NCBI GenBank assembly: GCA_003554605.1
Contig: PWGU01000212.1
Location: 2,773 to 66,772 of the forward strand
Reading direction: 5' to 3'
DNA from: Halorubrum sp.
Lineage (GTDB): Archaea > Halobacteriota > Halobacteria > Halobacteriales > Haloferacaceae
DNA length: 64,000 nucleotides
This document shows, in pieces, positions 9,366 through 18,920 of the stretch. Within the stretch, counting starts at the first letter, position 1. Each line of letters opens with the position of its first letter. Below the pieces are notes generated by a model. That model was not told where the DNA came from. It saw only the letters and a list, made by a program, of their open reading frames with translations, and made no database searches. Both the position numbers and the translations under genes were made by a program.

Positions 9366-10448
9366 CTACGCCACTCCGTCGGAGTCGGGATCGGTTCCGG
9401 AGCCGTCGGATTCGAGCCGTGCCGGATCGGCCCGCTCCGACGTCCCTTCTGCCCGATCCGATGCGGCGACCCCGACGGTGTTTCCCGTCTCGGCCGAACG
9501 CGTGGCATACTCAAGTAGCTCGACAGCCCGGGCACCAACGTGACCGGGCGAACGTAGCGTCGCCTCGCCCCGGCTCGCATCGATGAACTCCGCAATCTCC
9601 GCCCGAAGCGGCTCGCGGTTCGGCGCTTCATACACCTGTTTTCCCTCGTCACGAACGCTCATCGCCCCGTCCCGTTCGACGACCCTGCTGTCGTACAGCT
9701 CGATGACGTTGTCCTCGAGATAATCCACGTAGGCCGCCTTCTCCGAGCCGACGACGACGAGGTCGCGCCGTTTGCCGAACACCGGCACCTGCCAGGATTC
9801 GTTGATGACGCTCGTTGCACCGTCGTACTCCATGACGAGGGTGGCGGTTTCGTCGATACCCTCGCGAACCGCGTCGTCCAGCGAGCAGTACACCTGCTCC
9901 GGCTGTTCGCCGAGCAGGTAATTCGAGATGTCGACGTCGTGCACGCCGAGCGAATAGAGCGCGCCGGTGGTCTCCCGTGGCGCGCGGAACGAGAACCGTG
10001 ACGTAGAGAGGTACTTGATCCGGCCGAGCTCACCCCGGTCGATCCGCCGCTTGAGGTCGACCAGCGCCGGGTGATGCCTGAAGATGTGGCCGACGGCGAG
10101 CGTTCGGCCGTGTTCCGCCGCGGTGTCGACGATGTCCCACGCGTCCTCGCTGTCGATCGCCAGCGGCTTTTCGACGAGCACGTCGATGCCCGCCTCAAGG
10201 AGGTCCGTCGCGATCCGGTGGTGTGTCGGCGACGGCGTCGAGACCGTGGCCGCCTCGACGCCGAGCTCCGGGAGGCGTTCGTAGTCGGTGACGCCTCGGA
10301 CGCCGTAGCTTGACGCGAGGTCGTCGAGGCGGTCCTCGTCGAGGTCACAGAGGATCACGTCGTCGATGGTCCCCTCCTCGGCCAATTCCGTGGCGACGCG
10401 CACGTGGTTGCTTCCCCAGTATCCCGTTCCGATGACGGCGTAGTTCAT
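9366..10448 (-). CDS. Gfo/Idh/MocA oxidoreductase (WbpB/WlbA-like)
   Basis: GTGYWG, VLVEKP, VGHIFRH, GVHDVD; overlaps stop of the aminotransferase. Confidence 0.9.
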   Translation of the reverse strand: MNYAVIGTGYWGSNHVRVATELAEEGTIDDVILCDLDEDRLDDLASSYGVRGVTDYERLPELGVEAATVSTPSPTHHRIATDLLEAGIDVLVEKPLAIDSEDAWDIVDTAAEHGRTLAVGHIFRHHPALVDLKRRIDRGELGRIKYLSTSRFSFRAPRETTGALYSLGVHDVDISNYLLGEQPEQVYCSLDDAVREGIDETATLVMEYDGATSVINESWQVPVFGKRRDLVVVGSEKAAYVDYLEDNVIELYDSRVVERDGAMSVRDEGKQVYEAPNREPLRAEIAEFIDASRGEATLRSPGHVGARAVELLEYATRSAETGNTVGVAASDRAEGTSERADPARLESDGSGTDPDSDGVA

Positions 10449-11584
10449 CGGTAGTACTCCACGATGGTTCGGGCGACGTACTCGACTTCGGCCTCAGAGA
10501 TGTTCGGGTGCATCGGGAGCGACACGATGTGGTCGGCGAGCGCCTCACTCCGGGGAAGGTCGACGTCCCCCACACGCTCGGCGATCGCCGGATGCTCGTG
10601 CAGCGGGGTGTCGTAGTGGATGCCGGTGTCTATCCCCTCGTCCGCGAGGTGGTCCCGAAGCGCATCGCGATCGGGAACCTGTATCACGTAGAGGTGGTAC
10701 ACGTGGAACCCGCCGTCCGGTTCGGTCGGCGTCGTCACCTCCGGAACCTCCGCGAGGCGTTCGGTGTATCGACCGGCCGCAACGTTTCGATTCTCGTTCC
10801 ACCGTTCGACCTTCGCGAGCTGCCCGAGCCCGACGGCCGCGCTCGTCTCGTCGAGTCGGTAGTTGAGCCCGAGCGATCGGTGCACGCCGTCGTCACCCCG
10901 GCCGTGGTTCCGGAAGCGACGCATATCCTCGGCGAGGGCCGCGTCGTCCGTCGTCACCATCCCCCCGTCGCCGGCGACGGTCATGTTCTTCGAGGGGTAG
11001 AAGCTGAAGGCACCCGCGTCGCCCGCCGCGCCCGCCGTCTCTCCGTCACGGCTCGCGAAGTGCGCCTGACAGGAGTCCGAGAGCACGAACAGCTCGTGCT
11101 CGTCGGCGACCGCTCGAATCCCCTGCATATCGGCCATGCCGCCGTAAATGTGAACGGGGACGACCGCCGCCGGATTCTCGGCGTCCTCGACAGCGGACGC
11201 GAGCTCCGACGGGGCCATCGTGTAGGTCTCCGGGTTGACGTCGACGAACACCGGGTTCGCCCCGAGCGAGAGCACCGGACTGGCCGTCGCGAAGAACGTG
11301 TGCCCCGGAACGAACACGTCGTCACCCGGCCCGACGCCCGCAGCCTGGAGGGCGAGGAGGATCGCGGCGGTTCCGCTGGAAACGCCGACCGCGTGGTCGA
11401 CGCCAGCCTTCTCAGCGAACTGTTGCTCGAACCGCTCGAGAACCGGCCCCTTGACGTACCGGCCGCTCTCGAGGACGGCAACGACGTCGGCGATGGTGGT
11501 GTCGTCGACGCCGACCTCGGTGAACTCGACGCTGGGGTCAGTATGTTCGACGCTCGGGTCGGTCAGATCGATACTGTCTGTCAT
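10445..11584 (-). CDS. DegT/DnrJ/EryC1/StrS aminotransferase (WbpE-like)
   Basis: SSGTAA, VHIYG, DSCQAH, FSFYPSKNM; start 11584 (ORF-track extension overlaps aglF). Confidence 0.9.
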   Translation of the reverse strand: MTDSIDLTDPSVEHTDPSVEFTEVGVDDTTIADVVAVLESGRYVKGPVLERFEQQFAEKAGVDHAVGVSSGTAAILLALQAAGVGPGDDVFVPGHTFFATASPVLSLGANPVFVDVNPETYTMAPSELASAVEDAENPAAVVPVHIYGGMADMQGIRAVADEHELFVLSDSCQAHFASRDGETAGAAGDAGAFSFYPSKNMTVAGDGGMVTTDDAALAEDMRRFRNHGRGDDGVHRSLGLNYRLDETSAAVGLGQLAKVERWNENRNVAAGRYTERLAEVPEVTTPTEPDGGFHVYHLYVIQVPDRDALRDHLADEGIDTGIHYDTPLHEHPAIAERVGDVDLPRSEALADHIVSLPMHPNISEAEVEYVARTIVEYYR

Positions 11585-11610
11585 CGCTCGATACTTCCGG
11601 CAACCTCGGT

Positions 11611-11628
11611 TTGTTATGCGTCGAGTAC
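11611..11628 (-). promoter_or_regulatory. cluster motif GTA-N9-TAACAA
   Basis: Minus strand GTA ctcgacgca TAACAA, 26 nt before ATG 11584. Confidence 0.75.
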
Positions 11629-11729
11629 CCGAGCGATCGAAGAAACACGGCGGCCGATACCGCCTGTGAGGGCTGAACGGCCGGGCCCAATAACCGGAGT
11701 AGGGGGCCAATGCGGCCCCGCAAACGCCA

Positions 11730-11747
11730 ATAAGCCCAACATAACAA
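11730..11747 (+). promoter_or_regulatory. cluster motif ATA-N9-TAACAA
   Basis: ATA agcccaaca TAACAA, 26 nt before ATG 11774. Confidence 0.7.
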
Positions 11748-11773
11748 ACGCACCGGGGATCGGCATCCCGGTG

Positions 11774-12535
11774 ATGCAAGCAGTTGTACTCGCAGCCGGC
11801 CAGGGGACTCGTCTTCGGCCGCTGACGGAAGACAAACCGAAAGGGCTCGTCGAAGTCGACGGCCGTCCCATTCTCACGCACTGTTTCGAGAACCTCGAGG
11901 CGCTCGACGCTGAGGAGCTGATCGTCGTCGTCGGCTATCGTGCCGACGATATCATCGAGCACTACGGGGAGGAGTTCCGTGGCATTCCGATCACGTACAC
12001 CACCCAAGAGGAACAGCTCGGGCTCGCGGACGCGCTCAACACGGTCGAAGCGCACGTCGACGGCGAGTTCATGCTGATGCTCGGCGACAACGTGTTCGAG
12101 GCCAACCTGGAGGACGTCGTTCGTCGCCAGCGTGAAAACCGCGTGGATGCCGCCTTTCTCGTCGAGGAGGTGTCATACGACGAGGCGTCCCGCTACGGCG
12201 TCTGCGACACGAACGGGTACGGCGAGATCACCGACGTGATCGAGAAGCCTGACGACCCACCATCCAACCTCGTAATGACCGGGTTCTACACGTTCTCGCC
12301 GGCGATATTCAACGCAACGAGACTGGTTGAGCCGTCCGACCGTGGCGAGTACGAGCTCTCCGACGCGATCGACCTGCTCATCCGATCCGGCAGAACGATC
12401 GACGCCATCGGGCTCGAGGGATGGCGGATCGACGTCGGATACCCCGAGGATCGAGACGAGGCCGAACGGCGACTTCAGGCGGTCGCCGGCACGGAGACGC
12501 CGGCCGAAGCCGCCCAGGGGAAGAACGGTGATTAG
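11774..12535 (+). CDS. aglF: UTP--glucose-1-phosphate uridylyltransferase (AglF-type)
   Basis: MQAVVLAAGQGTRLRPLTEDKPK, LGDN, EKP, RGEYEL, RIDVGYPEDRD. Confidence 0.85.
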   Translation: MQAVVLAAGQGTRLRPLTEDKPKGLVEVDGRPILTHCFENLEALDAEELIVVVGYRADDIIEHYGEEFRGIPITYTTQEEQLGLADALNTVEAHVDGEFMLMLGDNVFEANLEDVVRRQRENRVDAAFLVEEVSYDEASRYGVCDTNGYGEITDVIEKPDDPPSNLVMTGFYTFSPAIFNATRLVEPSDRGEYELSDAIDLLIRSGRTIDAIGLEGWRIDVGYPEDRDEAERRLQAVAGTETPAEAAQGKNGD

Positions 12536-12673
12536 TGGCTCATCGATGAGGAGATCCATCGAAACGGCAGGATCCGCAGAGCTATCGGCAAACACGTCAA
12601 TCGAAAATCAAGAGTGGAAAAAAGATGAAACGTATATATACCTGGAATCATCATATTTACTCAACAGACCCGT

Positions 12674-13006
12674 ATGGATTCCAGACCTGAGGCGGCCAAC
12701 TGTAGCGAAGTCCTCTCAACGAAGAATCACCGTTGCTCATCGACGGACAGCACGGTGGTCCTCGATTGTGCAGATCCACAGAACCTCAGCGTCGCGATCG
12801 CCGAGTCGATCTCGGCGATCGCCGACGTCGACCCATGTCAGTTACAGACGCGACTGTATGATGTCGTCGACCCCGACGCGCTCAGACGGACCGTCCAAAG
12901 TGGCGGGCCGGAGATGCAGATCTCCTTCGAGTTCGGAGCCTATCATGTGTCCATCTCCGGTACCGGAGAACTCGTCGTCACGGATCCGACAGCGGACGAC
13001 GCCTAA
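12674..13006 (+). CDS. HalOD1 output-domain protein
   Basis: SVAIAESISAIADVDP...LYDVVDPDAL...ISFEF pattern. Confidence 0.75.
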   Translation: MDSRPEAANCSEVLSTKNHRCSSTDSTVVLDCADPQNLSVAIAESISAIADVDPCQLQTRLYDVVDPDALRRTVQSGGPEMQISFEFGAYHVSISGTGELVVTDPTADDA

Positions 13007-13042
13007 CTATCACCGGACGAGTTCGGGGACGGGTGTCCCTGT

Positions 13043-13219
13043 ATGAGCGACTGGTTCAGCGACGAGGAGCTCGATCGTATCGCTCGGTTCGCCGCGATGC
13101 CGGGACATTCACGGGATCCGACGATGCTCCTTCCGGAACCCGTCGAGGAGGATACAGCGGACTCTGAGGATGCGACCGATACAGTCCTCGATGCGGACGA
13201 CGAGCGGTGTGAAGGGTAA
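13043..13219 (+). CDS. small acidic hypothetical protein (58 aa)
   Basis: Not in ORF track; MSDWFSDEELDRIARFAAMPGHSRDPTMLLPEPVEED...; fills the gap between convergent genes. Confidence 0.55.
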   Translation: MSDWFSDEELDRIARFAAMPGHSRDPTMLLPEPVEEDTADSEDATDTVLDADDERCEG

Positions 13220-13224
13220 CTCCG

Positions 13225-13518
13225 TTACCTGTCCTGTGAGTCGTCGAGCAGTCCCTGTGCCGTTATCTCCGACCACAGCGTCTTTCCGGGCTCGGTGATC
13301 CCGTAGACGCGTCCTTTCCTTCGGTCCTCTGAGACGAGGAGCTCCACGAGGCCTCGCTCCCCGAGTTCGGAGAGTGCGTGCGAGACCGCGGCGATCTCGA
13401 TACCCCTGTCGTCCGCGATCCCTGACGGCGTCGCAGGCCCCTTGGAGAGTCGCTCGAGAACGGACACCCGATACTGGGAACTGATAACGAATCCGATCCG
13501 GTCCCATTTGTCGCTCAT
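13225..13518 (-). CDS. ArsR/MarR-type winged-helix regulator
   Basis: WDRIGFVISSQYR...TPSGIA...VSHALSELGERGLV...YGITEPG. Confidence 0.85.
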   Translation of the reverse strand: MSDKWDRIGFVISSQYRVSVLERLSKGPATPSGIADDRGIEIAAVSHALSELGERGLVELLVSEDRRKGRVYGITEPGKTLWSEITAQGLLDDSQDR

Positions 13519-13524
13519 GGGTAG

Positions 13525-14067
13525 TTACTCCTCATCGACGGGGACGAGCCCGCCGTTGCGATGGTGTTCGGTGACATACTTATAGTGCAGCAGACTCAAT
13601 GCGGCGAACACCAGAAAAAACGGAACGCCAACGTACGTCGCGCTGATTATCGGCGGATCGCTCACTGAAACTACGAGCATGACGAGAACCCCAACGGCAG
13701 CGATGCTGCCGTACACCAGCGCCCATGGAGGCATCTCCGGTGGCGTATGAAAGTATGCCGCCAGCTCGTCGACGTGGTCGGTCGACGAGACCACGCCGGC
13801 GTCACGGTCGTACTCGATGACCCCCGCTTCGACCAATTTCGGGATGTGGGTCTGATACAGCGAAACGTATGTCCGTTTGCGCTGTTGTGCCGTCAATTTT
13901 TCAACGGAAACTCCGTTCTCTTTTGCGGCGAGTGCACCGGCGAGCTCGCCGAGCTCGATCGGGTCCTGGCCTTCCTGTAACTGTCTGAGCACGAACCGCC
14001 GACGGGCATTGCTCAACAGATCAAAGGCGACGTCTTGTGAGAGTGTAGTATTATCTGTGTCTGACAT
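13525..14067 (-). CDS. DUF7344-type HTH protein with C-terminal transmembrane helices
   Basis: FDLLSNARRR...RKRTYVSLYQTHIPKL, two hydrophobic C-terminal segments. Confidence 0.8.
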   Translation of the reverse strand: MSDTDNTTLSQDVAFDLLSNARRRFVLRQLQEGQDPIELGELAGALAAKENGVSVEKLTAQQRKRTYVSLYQTHIPKLVEAGVIEYDRDAGVVSSTDHVDELAAYFHTPPEMPPWALVYGSIAAVGVLVMLVVSVSDPPIISATYVGVPFFLVFAALSLLHYKYVTEHHRNGGLVPVDEE

Positions 14068-14121
14068 TCGGAGTCTTGGCTTCGGTCAATTGCGATAGGT
14101 TCGGATTTCGTGTACTACGCT

Positions 14122-14139
14122 TTGTTATCTGGAGACTAT
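14122..14139 (-). promoter_or_regulatory. cluster motif ATA-N9-TAACAA
   Basis: Minus strand ATA gtctccaga TAACAA, 54 nt before ATG 14067. Confidence 0.65.
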
Positions 14140-14175
14140 CCTCCGGTAGGGATGGAGTTGTCGGCGGTGTTCTGG

Positions 14176-14193
14176 GTAATGGACACATTACAA
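14176..14193 (+). promoter_or_regulatory. cluster motif GTA-N9-TTACAA
   Basis: GTA atggacaca TTACAA upstream of 14294. Confidence 0.65.
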
Positions 14194-14293
14194 TGCCGTC
14201 GTGCGGCGGTAGTGCTTTCATGTCACTACGTTTCATCGTCGACACAGCAAAGACAGCCATCGAACCCATTTTTTTCTTGCTTTTATATCTCAT

Positions 14294-15292
14294 ATGAAAC
14301 GCCCGAACCATTCCACCCGGAACGAGCCGTCGTTGGGTCAACAATACCCGCTTGACCTCCTCGGAGTTGGGTTGTTTCTCGTGGTCACGGCGCTCGCGCT
14401 CCTTTTGGAGGCGGGCTCCGTTCCTCGGGTCGTGACCAGCGTGATCGCGATCTGTTTCCTCCCCGGATACGTCACGACGGCCGCGCTGTTTCCGTTGTGC
14501 GATCGGGAGGAGTTGTTCCGTCGCGGCATCGAGGGCCCACGGATCTCCCTTCGCGAGCGCGGCGCGCTGTCGATCGGTCTCAGCGTCGCGCTCGTACCCA
14601 TCATTGCGCTTACCATCGGTCGGGTAACCACGGGATTTTCCACCCGTGGAACCTTTCTGATGATCGCGGGCTACACGGCCGTCGTTGGAGTACTCGCAAC
14701 GTACCGCCGGCTCCGGCTGCCCGAAGCGGAGCGACTGTACGTTCCCGTCGGTGCGTGGGGCTCCGAATTGGTCGACGGGGTCACCACCGGCTCTCGGATC
14801 AGCCGGGTCCTCACGGTTGCGCTCGTCTGTAGCGTGGTGCTCGCCGGCGGCACGTTCGCGTTCGCGGCTGCGACGCCGGTCGACGGCGAGACGTACACCG
14901 ATTTCCATCTCCTCACCGACGACGAGGACGGAGACTACGTCTCGGCGGGCTATCCCGAGGAGCTGGAGCGGGACGAACCGGTCGAGCTCGCGTGGGGGAT
15001 CGAAAGCTACGAGGCGGAGACGACGGAGTACACGGTGGTGACGATGATCGAACGCGTCTCCGAGGACGACGGCCAGCTTACGCGGATCGAAACGGCCGAA
15101 GTGGACCGGACGACGACGACCGTCGCGCCCGGCGAGCAGGAGATCGTCGACCAGGAGGTCGCCTCGCCGCTCGTGGGCGAGAACCTCCGCGTGAGCTACT
15201 ACCTCTACCGTGGTGACGCTACGGGGACGCCCTCGGAGGATACTGCATATCGTCACCTCCACATCTGGGTGGACGTGAACGGAGGCTCCTAA
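14294..15292 (+). CDS. DUF1616 family membrane protein
   Basis: FLPGY...ALFP, ERGALSIGLS, YTDFHLL, AYRHLHIWVDV. Confidence 0.8.
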   Translation: MKRPNHSTRNEPSLGQQYPLDLLGVGLFLVVTALALLLEAGSVPRVVTSVIAICFLPGYVTTAALFPLCDREELFRRGIEGPRISLRERGALSIGLSVALVPIIALTIGRVTTGFSTRGTFLMIAGYTAVVGVLATYRRLRLPEAERLYVPVGAWGSELVDGVTTGSRISRVLTVALVCSVVLAGGTFAFAAATPVDGETYTDFHLLTDDEDGDYVSAGYPEELERDEPVELAWGIESYEAETTEYTVVTMIERVSEDDGQLTRIETAEVDRTTTTVAPGEQEIVDQEVASPLVGENLRVSYYLYRGDATGTPSEDTAYRHLHIWVDVNGGS

Positions 15293-15294
15293 CC

Positions 15295-15882
15295 GTGTGG
15301 CCGTGGGAACACGCGGTGATCGGCTACCTCGTGTACTCGCTCGCGGTCCACTTGCTTCGGCGGCGGTCGCCGACCGGCCCTGAGGCCGTCATCGTCGTCT
15401 TCGCCTCCGTCTTTCCCGACCTGATCGACAAACCGCTGGCGTGGGAGTTCGGCGTGTTTCCCTCGGGCTACGGGATCGCCCATTCGGTGTTTTTCGCGGC
15501 CCCGACGGCGGCCGTCGTGCTCGGGCTGACGGCGTCGGTCGGCCGCACGGAGCTCGGCGCCGCGTTCGCGACCGGCTACCTACTTCACCTTCCGGCGGAC
15601 GTGATCCCGCACTACGTTCTGGACGGACGACTCCCGGTGAGCCGGGTGCTGTGGCCAGTCGCGACGACCGAGTCGTCGTATCCGGGAGGGTTCGCGGGGA
15701 CCTTTCGAACGTACGTCACCGACTCCGCAGTCGGCCTCCTCTCGTGGCCTCCGAGGCCCTACGTCCTCGTCGTCGCCGGGGTGATGTCGTGTTGTGCGCT
15801 CCTGTGGGTGTACGACGGGATGCCCGGCGTCCGGGAGCCGGCGTGTTATCTCCGCGACCACGTTCGTTCTCGGACGCGGTGA
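15295..15882 (+). CDS. membrane-bound metal-dependent hydrolase (YdjM/DUF457-like)
   Basis: MWPWEH, FPDLIDKPL, IAHS, LHLPAD. Confidence 0.85.
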   Translation: MWPWEHAVIGYLVYSLAVHLLRRRSPTGPEAVIVVFASVFPDLIDKPLAWEFGVFPSGYGIAHSVFFAAPTAAVVLGLTASVGRTELGAAFATGYLLHLPADVIPHYVLDGRLPVSRVLWPVATTESSYPGGFAGTFRTYVTDSAVGLLSWPPRPYVLVVAGVMSCCALLWVYDGMPGVREPACYLRDHVRSRTR

Positions 15883-16152
15883 GGACGCCTTTCCGAACAC
15901 GGCAGTCAGCAAACGACGGATGGGCCGGCCTCGACCACGATACGCGAGGGGAGCCGATGGCGGACCGGATCGGACGATTCCTCGAAGCGTCATCGACTGG
16001 CAATAGACGACCGTTACCGCGGACAACGGCCTGCTTAACAATGGACCGGTCCGCGCGTCGTTTTGACACCTACCGGCCACGACCATGCTTCATCAACCCT
16101 CAGACGACGACCGCGGACGAAACGTTCACGAGTGCCACAGTCGGGTCCATCG

Positions 16153-17238
16153 ATGACCGTCGGAATGGCCGACCCACTGATCGGCGTGCCCGAACTGGAC
16201 AGCCTCATCGAGACGGCGGTCGGCGGGCGGATCGCTGACGGCCCCGAGGTCCGCACGTTCGAATCCGAGTTCGCGGAGCACTGTGCCGTCGACTACGGCG
16301 TTGCAACCTCCAACGGAACGACGGCGCTACACGCCGCGCTACACGGGCTGGGTATCGGCCCGGGGGACCGCGTCGTCACGACGCCGTTCTCGTTCGTCGC
16401 GACGGCGAACGCCATCAGGCTCTGCGGGGCCGTCCCCGTCTTCGCCGACGTCGACGCCGCGACGCTGAATCTCGACCCGGTGAGCGTCCGGGAGACCGTG
16501 CGTGCACACGATGGCGACGTGGACGCAATCCTCCCCGTTCACCTGTACGGGCTCCCGGCACCGATGGACGAACTCCGAGCGATCGCCGACGAATACGACG
16601 CCGCGCTCGTCGAGGACGCCGCACAGGCACACGGCGCGACACACGAGGGGCGACCGGTGGGATCGATCGGCGACGCCGCCTGCTTCTCCTTTTACCCGAC
16701 GAAGAATATGACCACCGGGGAGGGGGGGATGGTCCTCACCGACGACGAGGAGCTCGCAGACCGGATCGCTCGGTTCATCAATCACGGTCGTGCGGGCGCG
16801 TACGAGCACAGCGAGGTCGGCCACAACTTCCGGCTCACGAGCCTCGGGGCGGGACTCGGCCGTGCACAGCTCGATCGGCTCACGACGTTCGTCGATGTGC
16901 GCCGGCGAAACGCCGCCGAATACGACGAGGCGCTCGCCGACCAGCCGGCGGTGACGGCACCACCCGATCCGGCGAACGTCCGACACGTATATCACCAGTA
17001 CACCGTCCGGACGGACCACCGTGAGGCCCTGCAAGCGGCCCTCGGCGATGCCGGGATCGACACCGGCGTCTACTACCCGACGCCGATCCACCAGCAGCCG
17101 GCGTACGCCGACGTGGGCGGCACGGCACCGGTCGCCGAGCACGCGGCAGACACGGTGCTTTCCGTTCCGGTCCACCCGTCGCTCACCCGCGGGGAAGTCG
17201 ACGCGGTCGCCGACGCCCTCGCGGGGTTCCGTCCATGA
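16153..17238 (+). CDS. DegT/DnrJ/EryC1/StrS aminotransferase
   Basis: SNGTTALH, VHLYG, EDAAQAHG, FSFYPTKNMTTGEGG; start uncertain (16153/16165). Confidence 0.9.
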   Translation: MTVGMADPLIGVPELDSLIETAVGGRIADGPEVRTFESEFAEHCAVDYGVATSNGTTALHAALHGLGIGPGDRVVTTPFSFVATANAIRLCGAVPVFADVDAATLNLDPVSVRETVRAHDGDVDAILPVHLYGLPAPMDELRAIADEYDAALVEDAAQAHGATHEGRPVGSIGDAACFSFYPTKNMTTGEGGMVLTDDEELADRIARFINHGRAGAYEHSEVGHNFRLTSLGAGLGRAQLDRLTTFVDVRRRNAAEYDEALADQPAVTAPPDPANVRHVYHQYTVRTDHREALQAALGDAGIDTGVYYPTPIHQQPAYADVGGTAPVAEHAADTVLSVPVHPSLTRGEVDAVADALAGFRP

Positions 17239-18215
17239 CCGTCCGGGTCGGCGTGCTCGGGGTGGGGAGCATGGGGCGACACCACGCACGAGTGTACGCT
17301 GAATCGCCGAACGCCGAACTCGTCGGGGTGAGCGACGTCGACGAGGCGAACGCGACGGAGGTCGCTCGCGAGTACGGCACCGGTGCGATGGCAACTGAGG
17401 ACCTCCTCGATGCGGCGGACGCCGTTTCCGTGGCCGTCCCCAGCCGCTATCACCTACCGGTCGCGACGGAAGCACTGGAGTCGGGCGTTCACACACTCGT
17501 CGAGAAACCGCTCGCGACCACGACCGCGGACGCGCAGGCGATCGTCGATGCCGCCGATGCCGCCGGTGTCGTGCTGCAGGTTGGCCACATCGAGCGGTTC
17601 AACCCGGCGGTCAGAACGGTGAGCGAGTTCGTCGACGACCTCGATATCATCGCCGTCGAGGCCCGACGGCTCGGTCCGCCCGTCGACGACGGACGGGACG
17701 TCGGTGATGGGGTGGTGCTCGACCTGATGATCCACGATCTGGACGTGCTCTCGTCGCTCGTCGATTCGCCGGTAGCCGACGTCAACGCCGCCGGGAGCCC
17801 CGACGACCAGTACGTCGCGGCGACGCTGGGGTACGAGAACGACGTTGTCGGATCGCTCACCGCGAGTCGCGTCACCCAGCGCAAGGTGCGCGAACTCACC
17901 GTAACCGCCACCGACTGCATCGTGACCGTCGACTATATCGACCGGTCCGTGCGGATCCATCGGCGGACACGCCCCGAGTTCCTCGTGAACGACGGCGACC
18001 TCCGCTACCGGAGCGAGCAGGTCGTCGAGCGCCCGACGGTCGACAACGGCGAACCGCTGAAAAAGGAGCTCGAAGCGTTCCTCGAGGCGGTGCGGAACGG
18101 AACCGACCCCGTCGTGAGTGGACGCGACGGCGTCTCAACGCTCGCGCTCGCCGAGCGCGTCCGGACCGCGCTGAACTCGGAGCCGATACCGGACCCACCG
18201 GCGACGTCCGACTGA
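17235..18215 (+). CDS. Gfo/Idh/MocA oxidoreductase
   Basis: GVGSMG, LVEKP, VGHIERFNPA, DLMIHD. Confidence 0.9.
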   Translation: MTVRVGVLGVGSMGRHHARVYAESPNAELVGVSDVDEANATEVAREYGTGAMATEDLLDAADAVSVAVPSRYHLPVATEALESGVHTLVEKPLATTTADAQAIVDAADAAGVVLQVGHIERFNPAVRTVSEFVDDLDIIAVEARRLGPPVDDGRDVGDGVVLDLMIHDLDVLSSLVDSPVADVNAAGSPDDQYVAATLGYENDVVGSLTASRVTQRKVRELTVTATDCIVTVDYIDRSVRIHRRTRPEFLVNDGDLRYRSEQVVERPTVDNGEPLKKELEAFLEAVRNGTDPVVSGRDGVSTLALAERVRTALNSEPIPDPPATSD

Positions 18216-18285
18216 GTCACTGACCGCCGGTGTCGACCGACACGACGACGGCGCATACTGACCGGCGGCTCGTCGTACGAACGGC

Positions 18286-18877
18286 TTGACATCCTCCCGC
18301 GCCTGAAGACGCGGGAATCCCACGGCACCACGCCGCTGGATTGGGATATTACGGTTTGCAGTCTACCACTTGTTCCTGCGGTTGGAATCCGCTGGACAAG
18401 TCGTGAAGGTAGACTCCGGGCTGTGCCAACCAGCCGGTACTCCTATCCCCACCCAAACGGGGTGCAGACTCGGAGTTACTTTTGTTGATGTCGAGGCGAA
18501 TATTCTCCGCCCCATTCACATCAGCGTTGAACGCCGCATCGCATTCTTCACCTTTGAGGTCGCCGTGGCCGGGTATCTCCCCGGGTTCCTCCCAGACTTT
18601 TCGGGAGTGGTAGTTGGCGACGTTCCAGAGCTTGCTGGCACTCCACCCGTGCCGGTCGAGAGGCTCCTCTACCTGTGAGTGGTTGAGGATTTCCGCTCGG
18701 TGGGTTCGATGGACGTCCAGCATTCTGAACGCCTGTATAAGCACTTATACTCGCTTTGATTGTGAAAATTCGGTTTGGGAACGGTGGAATATCCGGCCTT
18801 GCCATCGACGGTAGATTGTGGAGGAATTGTCGGATTTATTCCGCGCCTAAAGGCGCGGGTATTCTCCTCGATTCTGT
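18286..18877 (-). mobile_element. non-autonomous IS200/IS605-family (IS1341-type) element, internally deleted
   Basis: Subterminal hairpins cccgcgcctgaagacgcggg (18296-18315) and ccgcgcctaaaggcgcgg (18841-18858); right end ...TCAA; TTAT target 5' of left end on minus strand; no target duplication; lower GC. Confidence 0.85.
18349..18723 (-). pseudogene. tnpB: tnpB remnant: N-terminus fused in-frame to C-terminus
   Basis: SASKLWNVANY (N-terminal) joined near 18548 to ECDAAFNADVNGAENI (RuvC-III region); central RuvC-I/II and most of the zinc finger missing. Confidence 0.85.
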
Positions 18878-18920
18878 ATAACAAAATACGGCGCGGCCCG
18901 AGCGCTCGACGGACCAACAG

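Noticed and set aside
10508-12055. Long overlapping N-terminal extensions of aglF (675 aa) and DegT (536 aa) in the ORF track
   Set aside because: Each is the antisense shadow of the other gene; starts at 11774 and 11584 match the family N-termini and motif spacing
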